Part shown: piece by piece, positions 16,459 through 24,539 of the stretch | Layout: each line of letters opens with the position of its first letter | How positions within the stretch are numbered: position 1 is the stretch's first letter | Source of the DNA: Oscillospiraceae bacterium | GTDB taxonomy: Bacteria > Bacillota > Clostridia > Oscillospirales > Ruminococcaceae | NCBI GenBank assembly: GCA_017483465.1 | Contig: JAFUWN010000062.1 | Coordinates: 10,085-74,084 of the forward strand | Length of the DNA: 64,000 nt | Reading direction: 5' to 3' | The notes under the pieces: model-generated | Told to the model about the DNA's origin: nothing | The model's database searches: none | The model's input: the letters and a program-made list of their open reading frames with translations, nothing else | Program-made: the position numbers and the translations under genes

Positions 16459-19074
16459 TTATCCTCCTTTCTGACGCATTCTTCTCTGTTCAAGTTCCAG
16501 TTTGGACATCAGAACTTTCCGGGGCTTGGCTCCCTCATAGGGGCCGATAATGCCTTTTTCTTCGAGTTCGTCCATAATTCTGGCGGCTCTGGCATAGCCT
16601 AGGCGTAATCTTCTCTGGAGATTGCTTGTAGAAGCCTGACCAGCGGCAACAACTACTTCAATAGCCTGTTCGATCAGATCGGCATCTCCGGAAAGTGCAA
16701 TTTCTTCAGAGCTGCTGCTTTTTTTCTTATCTCCGGAAGCGGCCATCTGATCAACAGCTTTTTCAATTGCTGCATCATAGATCACTTCTTCGGACTGATT
16801 CTTGATGAATTCCACAACTTTTTCAATTTCTTCTGTCGAGACATAACAGCCCTGCACTCTGACGGGCTTCGGCTGACCGCTCGGAAGATAGAGCATATCG
16901 CCGTGACCTAAGAGCTTTTCTGCTCCGCCGGTATCGAGAATAATTCTGGAATCAATCTGCGACATGACAGAAAGTGCGATTCTGCTCGGAATATTGGCTT
17001 TGATCAGACCGGTGATAATATCCGTTGTCGGTCTCTGTGTTGCGATAATCAGATGCATTCCGGCGGCTCTTGCGAGCTGTGCCAGACGGCAGATGGCTTC
17101 TTCCACTTCTTTGGAAGCTGTCATCATCAGATCGGCAAGCTCATCAATACAGATGACAATCTGCGGCATTTTGTCAAGCTCCAGTTCCGGCTTGTCACGG
17201 CAGATTCTGTTATAGTCCTCAAGATTTCTGACAGAGTTCTTGGCAAAAATATCATAACGCCGGAGCATTTCCTGTACTGCCCAGTTGAGAGCACCGGCCG
17301 CTTTTTTAGGATCTGTTACCACCGGAATCAATAAATGCGGAATGCCGTCATAAACACGGAATTCTACAATTTTAGGGTCAATCAGAATCAGCTTTACTTC
17401 ATCCGGAGCGGCATGATATAAAATGCTCATGATAATCGAATTTGTGCAGACGGATTTACCGGAACCCGTTGCACCGGCTATGATCATATGCGGCATTTTG
17501 GCAATATCTCCGACAATGACATTACCTGCAATATCTTTTCCGACACCGAAAGTTAATTTACTCTTAGCATTTTTAAATTCCGGCGATTCCAGCAGTTCTC
17601 TGAGGGATACCGTATCTTTCTGTGAGTTCGGCACTTCAATGCCGACTGCCGGCTTTCCGGGAATCGGAGCTTCGATTCGGACTCCCTCAGCGGCCAGGTT
17701 CAGAGCAATATCATCAGAAAGATTCGTGATTTTGGAAACTTTTACACCAGGTGCAGGCTGTACTTCATATCTTGTAACAGAAGGCCCTCTTGCAATATCC
17801 GTGATATTTACTTCTACATTGAAACTTTTCAGGACATCACATAACTGATTGGCATGATTCCGAAGCTCCTGTTTCAGATTCGGGTCATCAGAATGGGAAT
17901 TGCCCTGTTTTAAAAATTCCATCTTAGGCATTTGATAATTGGCAGTATCATGCTTTGCGGACTGCTGGGCAGCTTCGTCAGCAATTTCCAGAATGGAGTC
18001 CAGTTTTTCTTCTTCTGCGTTTTTCTTTTTCTTAGGCACTTCTGCCGCATGATTGATCAGCTCTTCGAGAGAAGGCACAAGTTCCAGCTGCTGCTCTTCG
18101 TCAGAGTCAGAAATAATTTCAGATTCGGTTTTGGATTTTGCTTTTTTTCTGACTTTGATCTTGCTTTCTTTGGGCATGTCGAAAAATTCACTCATGCCTT
18201 TCTTATCAATTCTGACCGGAGTATCACTGACAGGAATATCCATCAGAAAAGCAGAATCTGCCTGATTCGGCTTGCTCTGCCGGGCAATAGCAAGGGCTTC
18301 CTGTTCGTTTTGTTCGTCATTTTTACGCTGTTCTTCTTCATAGCCGGAGAGCAGAAAACTGTCTTTTCTGTCTTCCCGGATAAAATCGGCAAAATCATGA
18401 AAAGGCTTGTGCAGAAGCTGAAATAATTCAGAAAGCGTTTTTTTACTCATCAGCATTATGCAGACGAATAATAATAAAATCATCATGATTTTGGCACCGA
18501 TCTCGCCGAACAGTGCCTGCATCGGGTAGGCCAGCAGACTTACCATGCCGCCCCCGTGCCATGCAATTCCTTCTTCACGAAGCATACTCAGGCAGCCGAA
18601 CGGTTCATAATTCAAGATTCTGCCGCCGAAAAACATGATTTCTATAAAAGTACTCAGGAATATGATGATAAATGCAAGCAGTCTCATCTGTTTCCCGAGT
18701 TTGTCCTTGTCTTTTTTCTTATCAATCCAGAATGCCGTCCAGAACATGCCTGCCGGTATTAACAGCGAGGGAATACCGAACAGGCCTTTGATCAGTTCAT
18801 GCATGATTTTCCATAAGGCACTGCCCTGAATCAGGATCAGCATTGTTATAAAAAGTCCGAGTGCAAACAGACAGACAGAATAAATCCGAGCCGGAACTTC
18901 CTTTTTTTCCTTTTCCTCCTGTTCTTCTTTTGACAGAGGAATCTCCGGAACTTCTTCCAGAGCAGGCATTGCAGGCTGTTTCGGTCTGGATTTTTTTGCC
19001 GGTTCTTTTTTACCGGATTTTTCGGATTTTTTCTCCGGTTTTTTCGCACCGGATTTTTTTTTCGTATCTGCCAC
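16459..19074 (-). CDS. ftsK: DNA translocase FtsK/SpoIIIE
   Basis: Lys/Glu-rich N-terminus, 4-5 TM helices, a linker, a motor domain (GATGSGKS Walker A, ICIDELADLM Walker B) and a gamma winged-helix (STSNLQRRLRLGYARAARIMDELE). GTG start. Confidence 0.95.
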   Translation of the reverse strand: MADTKKKSGAKKPEKKSEKSGKKEPAKKSRPKQPAMPALEEVPEIPLSKEEQEEKEKKEVPARIYSVCLFALGLFITMLILIQGSALWKIMHELIKGLFGIPSLLIPAGMFWTAFWIDKKKDKDKLGKQMRLLAFIIIFLSTFIEIMFFGGRILNYEPFGCLSMLREEGIAWHGGGMVSLLAYPMQALFGEIGAKIMMILLLFVCIMLMSKKTLSELFQLLHKPFHDFADFIREDRKDSFLLSGYEEEQRKNDEQNEQEALAIARQSKPNQADSAFLMDIPVSDTPVRIDKKGMSEFFDMPKESKIKVRKKAKSKTESEIISDSDEEQQLELVPSLEELINHAAEVPKKKKNAEEEKLDSILEIADEAAQQSAKHDTANYQMPKMEFLKQGNSHSDDPNLKQELRNHANQLCDVLKSFNVEVNITDIARGPSVTRYEVQPAPGVKVSKITNLSDDIALNLAAEGVRIEAPIPGKPAVGIEVPNSQKDTVSLRELLESPEFKNAKSKLTFGVGKDIAGNVIVGDIAKMPHMIIAGATGSGKSVCTNSIIMSILYHAAPDEVKLILIDPKIVEFRVYDGIPHLLIPVVTDPKKAAGALNWAVQEMLRRYDIFAKNSVRNLEDYNRICRDKPELELDKMPQIVICIDELADLMMTASKEVEEAICRLAQLARAAGMHLIIATQRPTTDIITGLIKANIPSRIALSVMSQIDSRIILDTGGAEKLLGHGDMLYLPSGQPKPVRVQGCYVSTEEIEKVVEFIKNQSEEVIYDAAIEKAVDQMAASGDKKKSSSSEEIALSGDADLIEQAIEVVVAAGQASTSNLQRRLRLGYARAARIMDELEEKGIIGPYEGAKPRKVLMSKLELEQRRMRQKGG

Positions 19075-19093
19075 GTATGTTCCTTTCTGAAAA

Positions 19094-19939
19094 TTATCTT
19101 CCGAATACGCCGAAGCCGATCACAACCAAGCCGAGTATCAGCGTATAAACAGCAAAATATTTGAATTTATTATTCTTGACAAGCAGATCAACCAGTTTGA
19201 TCGCTGCAATGCCGACAACTGCCGCTACAACAAAGCCAAGCAGATACATCGGAATTTCGTTCATCGGGAGTGCATTGGCATCTACAGCATCTTTGATTGA
19301 TACCAGACAACCGGCTAAAATCGTGGGAATGCCGAGCATGAAAGAGTATTTTACGGCGGTATCTCTGTCCGTACCTACAAACAATGCACCGCAGATGGTG
19401 GAGCCGCTTCTTGATACACCCGGCAGAAGGGCAACAGCCTGAAACAAGCCGATAATCAAAGCTTCTTTCCATGTCATAGTGGCCGGAGTCTTCCTGCCGT
19501 CCTTGCATTTGTCTGACATGAATAAGATAAAACTGGTATACAAAAAGAAACAGCCGAGTGCAATCAGATATTTTGCAGCGACTCCTTCAATAAAATCACG
19601 GATAAAATAAAACGGAACCAATACTGCAAGAGAAATGATCAGCATATAGATCATTCTTCTCTCCGGACTGCCGAGTCCGGCTTTGATCAGTTTGCCTGTG
19701 AACAGGTCTTTCAGCATGGCGATGCATTCTTTGAATAATGCTGCTACGGTATCTTTAAAAGCAATGCAAGTTGCCAGCAGTGTGCCTAAATGCAGAAATG
19801 CCGAGAACAGAAAATTATTCTCACTGTCGGCATTTCCTGTAATATGTGCATAGAGCATCAGATGTCCTGAACTCGATACCGGAAGAAATTCCGTCAGACC
19901 CTGAATAATTCCCTGTAAAATAGCGTCCAATACTGTCAT
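19094..19939 (-). CDS. uppP: Undecaprenyl-diphosphate phosphatase
   Basis: LTEFLPVSSSGHL and PGVSRSGSTI motifs; polytopic membrane protein. Start at ATG 19939 behind AAAGGAG; the track start is at 19990. Confidence 0.93.
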   Translation of the reverse strand: MTVLDAILQGIIQGLTEFLPVSSSGHLMLYAHITGNADSENNFLFSAFLHLGTLLATCIAFKDTVAALFKECIAMLKDLFTGKLIKAGLGSPERRMIYMLIISLAVLVPFYFIRDFIEGVAAKYLIALGCFFLYTSFILFMSDKCKDGRKTPATMTWKEALIIGLFQAVALLPGVSRSGSTICGALFVGTDRDTAVKYSFMLGIPTILAGCLVSIKDAVDANALPMNEIPMYLLGFVVAAVVGIAAIKLVDLLVKNNKFKYFAVYTLILGLVVIGFGVFGR

Positions 19940-20045
19940 GATATGTAGTCTCCTTTTCATCCTTATTATAATATTATATATATCTATCAAATATTAAATA
20001 ATTATATATAAATATGTATAGGCACTCTGATGTGCCTTTCTCTGT

Positions 20046-20789
20046 TCAGTCCGGATACCGGACAGGAGTATTTTCGATCAGATCATATAAAGCCGAAATT
20101 GCATCACTCAGGCTTCCGGTGCTGTCGATCAGACCAAGCTCTACAGCTTGTTCCCCCGATATGACTGACCCTACATCTGTCGCTAATTCTTTTGTATTTG
20201 TCATCAGTTCACGGAATTTTTCTTCCGGAATCCGGCTGTTTCTCGTCACAAAACTGATGATTCTGTCCTGAATTTTAGAAATATAATCAAAACTCTGGGG
20301 AACGCCTAACATCATGCCGTTCATCCGGACGGGATGAATCGTCATCGAGGCAGACGGAACAATATAGGATTTCTTCGCACTGACTGACAAGGGCACACCG
20401 ATGGAATGCCCTCCGCCTACTACAAGTGATACGGTCGGAGTCTGCATTCCGGCAATCAGCTCTGCAATTGCAAGTCCGGCTTCGACATCTCCGCCGACAG
20501 TGTTCAGTAAAATCAATAAGCCTTCTATGCTTCTGTCCTGCTCGACGGCGACTAATGCCGGGATGATATGCTCGTATTTTGTGGTCTTGTTCTGTGAAGA
20601 TAATTCATAATGACCTTCTACCTGTCCGATTACTGTCAGACAGTGAATCAAATGCTTGGCATTGGACGGCTGAACACTTCCTGTTGTTTCGATTATTTCA
20701 GCTTGATTGATCTGTTTTTCTTCTTCGGATTTTTCTTCCGGAGCTTCTTCCTCTGGCGGGTGATATTCTCCTAACTGATTCTGAAACAT
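20046..20789 (-). CDS. ClpP-fold serine protease-like protein, TepA family
   Basis: IHCLTVIGQVEGH and LNTVGGDVEAGLAIAE motifs preceded by an acidic N-terminal tail. Start at ATG 20789 behind AGGAAAGGAAG; the track start at 20870 lies in the promoter. Confidence 0.8.
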   Translation of the reverse strand: MFQNQLGEYHPPEEEAPEEKSEEEKQINQAEIIETTGSVQPSNAKHLIHCLTVIGQVEGHYELSSQNKTTKYEHIIPALVAVEQDRSIEGLLILLNTVGGDVEAGLAIAELIAGMQTPTVSLVVGGGHSIGVPLSVSAKKSYIVPSASMTIHPVRMNGMMLGVPQSFDYISKIQDRIISFVTRNSRIPEEKFRELMTNTKELATDVGSVISGEQAVELGLIDSTGSLSDAISALYDLIENTPVRYPD

Positions 20790-20858
20790 GCACACACTTC
20801 CTTTCCTGAAAAGTATGCCCTCAGATATGAAAAATATACCATATTGCCGGATATGCTT

Positions 20859-20887
20859 AGTATAGCACAATTCAGAGCATTTGTCAA
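20859..20887 (-). promoter_or_regulatory. Sigma-A promoter of the TepA-like gene
   Basis: Minus strand TTGACA-17-TATACT with TGC extension. Confidence 0.6.
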
Positions 20888-20896
20888 GCAGAATTC

Positions 20897-20938
20897 AGCA
20901 AATAAATCCTCTGCCGGATTTCAGTTCCGACAGAGGAT
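20897..20938 (-). terminator. Terminator of the LRR-GH9 gene
   Basis: 13-bp hairpin (ATCCTCTGTCGGA/TCCGGCAGAGGAT, one mismatch) followed by TTATTTGC on the minus strand. Confidence 0.6.
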
Positions 20939-20955
20939 TCAGATTTTAATTTTTA

Positions 20956-23900
20956 TCAGAAAGAACTTACCAGTCCGACGATATATTTCAGAATCGTGAG
21001 CGAATCAGAAGAATCCGGTGTTCCGTTTCTGTCCACATCGGCATATTTCTGCTGTGCCGGTGTGAGTGTTTCTTTTCCAAGAATATTCTTGTTCAGAGCA
21101 ATGACATCCAGAATATTGATCTTGTCATCTGCTGTCACATCCCCGAAATAGCCTGACTGTAAGCCGGTAGTTTCTGCATATTCCGAAGCAGTCGAATTCA
21201 GATTGCATGTGAGAACAAAATCTTTTATAATACTGTGTACGAAAATATAAGAATACTGTCCGGTAGCCATAAAATCAGAATTGCAGCCGAAAGCCTCTGT
21301 GCCGATTACCGCATCTGTACTGCATACAGAAGCTTCCAGAAGCGATTTGCAGTTGATAAAAGCTTCTGCTCCGATTTCTCTGACATTCGCCGGAACAGTC
21401 AGTTCTGTCAGACCTGTAGCAGAAAAGGCTTTCTGCTGAATCGTTTCCAGACTCTCCGGAAGTGTGACAGATGTCAGATTTGCACAGCCATCAAAAGCAC
21501 TTGCTCCGATAGTTTTTACACCCTCCGGAATCGTTACAGCTGTCAGATCTGTATTCATATAAAAAGCATTGCCAAGAATCGAAACCACATCATCCGGAAT
21601 GCTGATTTCTCCTTTTACAGCTGTTCCGTCAATCAATAAGCCGTTAATAATCAGCAGGGGAGAATCACTCTGCATTGCTTTCAGCCATGGTGTATTGGCA
21701 AAGGCCTTTTCTCCGACAACTTCCAGACTTTTCGGAAGTGTCAGTTCTGTCAGATGACTGCAATTGGAAAATGCCTGCTTTCCGATAGAAATCACAGAAT
21801 CCGGGAGAATCACTTCTGTTACACGAGTATTATATTTTCCGAAAATCTGTTCACCGATACCGGTTACCCCCTCCGGAACGGTAATGCTGATTACTTCCGG
21901 TGTCGTATCTTCTGCCGGATCGGGAATTTCAGGAATCTGCGTTCCGCAGGAAGTCTGTCCGGCGATGATACCGCCGTTCTGTTCACACAGATAAGAAACA
22001 ATCCATGCAAGAGAACTGTTCCAGTTGACTGCACATTCATTCACAGAATAGGCTTCTATATCGTCAATATAGCATTTCTGCGGCGAGGGCATTTCTTCTT
22101 TCCATGCTCCTTTGACAACGGTGTCTTCCATACCTGTATTTGCTCCGCCGACCAGCACGCCGCAGGGAGCTTTCGGCATAGCAGATTTCAGAGCTTTCGC
22201 CCAGTAACGATGATGCGGATACTGTGAACTGTGTACCCCATATCCTGTAACATAAGAATAATCCAGAGCATTCCGGCCAAGCAGATAGTCCATAGCACTC
22301 ACAGCACCGTTCAGATAAGAAATATCCTGATTCAGATCATACGCATAGGCTAAAATAATTGCATTATCTGATACAAACGAATTCGATGCCCAGACATAAT
22401 TGCCATCCTGTGCCTGATAGGGCAGACCGTAACCCTGTTTATTTTCAAGGTTCAGATAAAAATCAGCTGTTTCTGTCAGATTGGTATGCAGATTCTGCTG
22501 CTCCTGATCAGTAAGTGTATTTTCATGCAGCAGAAGTGACATAGAACCTAAAGCCGCTGTATGTCCCCAGTCGAAACTTCCGGTCAGTCCGGAGGCTTCA
22601 CCGCCGTTCAGATCATACGGCACCGCAAAGGCAAATTCTGAATTCTGTAAATCAGAATAATAATTCTTCTCTCCGGTAGAAAGATATAATTCACAGGCTG
22701 CCCAGTAAAATTCATCTGTTACCACATCATCACTATAGGCACCGCCGCCGCCGTATTCTGTATTCGGAGCATACATATCCGGATGAGCTTTCGCCGCTTC
22801 ATAGGCATTTTTTGCCGCCGTCAGACAGGCCTCTGCAAAATCAGAATCCAGATCTTTCCAGAGACGATAGGCCTGTGCTCCGCAGGCAGCCAGATTCAGA
22901 GTCGCCGCAGTCGAGGGCGGCAATAACCATCTTTCCTGTTTATCGTTCGCCGGAGATGTTCCCAGAGCTGTCCATTTGGCATCATGTACTTTATGATATG
23001 CCATATCTTTACAGTCGCCGTCCCGGACAATCATTTTCAGCATCCATTCCATTTCATAACGGGCTTCATCCAGCAAATCCGGCAGAGCATTTGCATTTTC
23101 CGGAAGTTTCATAACTCCGTCCTGATAAGCTTCTGCTGTATTTTTCAGAACAGAACGTTCATATTCATTCTGCATCAGCCACAGTGAGATTCCGCCGTTG
23201 ACGACATATTTTCCATGATCTCCGGCATCATACCAGCCGCCTGTGACATCCTGCGTTCCGGAAGAAGCCGTATAATCCCAGATATTCTGAATTTTTGCAA
23301 TATCAGAGACATGTCCGGCTGCTCGGGCGAGTTCGGCAGTATCTCCGGAAGTGATATATTGTTCTTCGATTTCGATTCCGGAACGGTTCTGATAAAAATA
23401 ATTCAAAGCATCATACAGCAGACCGGAATAGTCATCCAGAATGCCGATCTGAAATGCTTTCGATTCTGCACCGTTTTCACTCCGGAGTGTATAAATGCCT
23501 TCGGATGTGAAATCAGAAAAATCCAGAATATGCACAGAATCACCGGATTCAGAATCCAGACCCATCGGCTGGGAAATTCCCGTATAGACGATATTTCCGG
23601 CTTCATCCAGCAGATGAAATTCTATGCCTGCGGTTTCATCAGAAAGCAGAGTTGCTTTCTTAGCAAGATCAGGAAAATAGCCGATCTGATTTGTTAAAAT
23701 TCCGGCTCGGTTCCAGAGTTTCGATTCAGCATATTCCTGTATTTTCCTGTCTTTTTCGGCCTGAATCTCTGCAAGCTGACGGCTGACTTCTTCGGAAGCA
23801 TCGATCAGAATATGATTTACTGTTACAAAAGGCGAAATTTCTTTCTGTGCAGCAAGCCACGGTGTATCGCCGAACGCACTGTTCCCGATTGCTGTCAGAC

Positions 23901-24312
23901 TTTCCGGGATTTCGATTTTCGTTAAAGCCGGACATTCATTGAATGCATAGCTTTCGATTGTCGTCAGGGTAGAAGGCAGTGTAACTTCTGTCAGATTCTT
24001 ACTGCTCCAGAATGCTCCGGAAGCAATTTCTGTTACCCCCTCCGGTATCACGACAGATGTCAGTGAACAGCCGTAGAAAGAAGTTGCACCGATTTTTGTA
24101 ACCGGCATTCCGTCAATTTCTGACGGAATTTCTACTGTTCCGGCTTTGGTATCATATCCGGTGATCGTAACGGCTCCGTTTTCGATCGTATAAGTCAGCG
24201 AGCCAAATGTCAGATCGGATGAGGCCGCCGCTGAGAGTATTTCCGCTGACGGAGTTCCTGTGTTCAGCAGACACAGTGCAAGTGTCAGGGCTGAGATAGC
24301 ATTTTTTTTCAT
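20956..24312 (-). CDS. Cellulosomal endoglucanase: signal peptide - LRR - Ig-like - GH9 - LRR - dockerin (1118 aa)
   Basis: GH9 motifs: DVTGGWYDAGDHGKYVVNGG, YPHHRYW, VGGANTG, AYSVNECAVNWNSSLAW. BspA-type LRR modules at aa ~33-175 (nt 23788-24216) and ~807-1045 (nt 21178-21894). Dockerin GDVTADDKINILDVIALNK..DVDRNGTPDSSDSLTILKYIVG (nt 20959-21144). Confidence 0.93.
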   Translation of the reverse strand: MKKNAISALTLALCLLNTGTPSAEILSAAASSDLTFGSLTYTIENGAVTITGYDTKAGTVEIPSEIDGMPVTKIGATSFYGCSLTSVVIPEGVTEIASGAFWSSKNLTEVTLPSTLTTIESYAFNECPALTKIEIPESLTAIGNSAFGDTPWLAAQKEISPFVTVNHILIDASEEVSRQLAEIQAEKDRKIQEYAESKLWNRAGILTNQIGYFPDLAKKATLLSDETAGIEFHLLDEAGNIVYTGISQPMGLDSESGDSVHILDFSDFTSEGIYTLRSENGAESKAFQIGILDDYSGLLYDALNYFYQNRSGIEIEEQYITSGDTAELARAAGHVSDIAKIQNIWDYTASSGTQDVTGGWYDAGDHGKYVVNGGISLWLMQNEYERSVLKNTAEAYQDGVMKLPENANALPDLLDEARYEMEWMLKMIVRDGDCKDMAYHKVHDAKWTALGTSPANDKQERWLLPPSTAATLNLAACGAQAYRLWKDLDSDFAEACLTAAKNAYEAAKAHPDMYAPNTEYGGGGAYSDDVVTDEFYWAACELYLSTGEKNYYSDLQNSEFAFAVPYDLNGGEASGLTGSFDWGHTAALGSMSLLLHENTLTDQEQQNLHTNLTETADFYLNLENKQGYGLPYQAQDGNYVWASNSFVSDNAIILAYAYDLNQDISYLNGAVSAMDYLLGRNALDYSYVTGYGVHSSQYPHHRYWAKALKSAMPKAPCGVLVGGANTGMEDTVVKGAWKEEMPSPQKCYIDDIEAYSVNECAVNWNSSLAWIVSYLCEQNGGIIAGQTSCGTQIPEIPDPAEDTTPEVISITVPEGVTGIGEQIFGKYNTRVTEVILPDSVISIGKQAFSNCSHLTELTLPKSLEVVGEKAFANTPWLKAMQSDSPLLIINGLLIDGTAVKGEISIPDDVVSILGNAFYMNTDLTAVTIPEGVKTIGASAFDGCANLTSVTLPESLETIQQKAFSATGLTELTVPANVREIGAEAFINCKSLLEASVCSTDAVIGTEAFGCNSDFMATGQYSYIFVHSIIKDFVLTCNLNSTASEYAETTGLQSGYFGDVTADDKINILDVIALNKNILGKETLTPAQQKYADVDRNGTPDSSDSLTILKYIVGLVSSF

Positions 24313-24357
24313 GAAATTAGTTCCCCTCTCTCTGCATAATGCAGAATAATTTATCTA

Positions 24358-24386
24358 AGTATATCAAAAATAAGTCACAAAGTCAA
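24358..24386 (-). promoter_or_regulatory. Sigma-A promoter of the LRR-GH9 gene
   Basis: Minus strand TTGACT-17-TATACT, preceded by a very AT-rich UP-like region. Confidence 0.55.
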
Positions 24387-24471
24387 TGTTTTTATATCAA
24401 AAAATAACTTTTTCTATTGAAAAAATATTAATAATTTTTTAAAAAATAAAATCAATTCATAGTTTGGACTT

Positions 24472-24508
24472 TATTATAAAACAATATCGCCCGGAATTTC
24501 CGGACGAT
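24472..24508 (-). terminator. Terminator of the GH44 gene
   Basis: 10-bp hairpin ATCGTCCGGA-aat-TCCGGGCGAT (one mismatch) followed by ATTGTTTTATAA on the minus strand. Confidence 0.5.
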
Positions 24509-24539
24509 ACTGTTAAAGAGTGAGGAATTTTTTTTAATA

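Noticed and set aside
18846-19148. Small ORFs on both strands over the ftsK 5' end
   Set aside because: They arise from the Lys/Glu-rich low-complexity N-terminus of FtsK (AAA/GAA runs), which is open in several frames.
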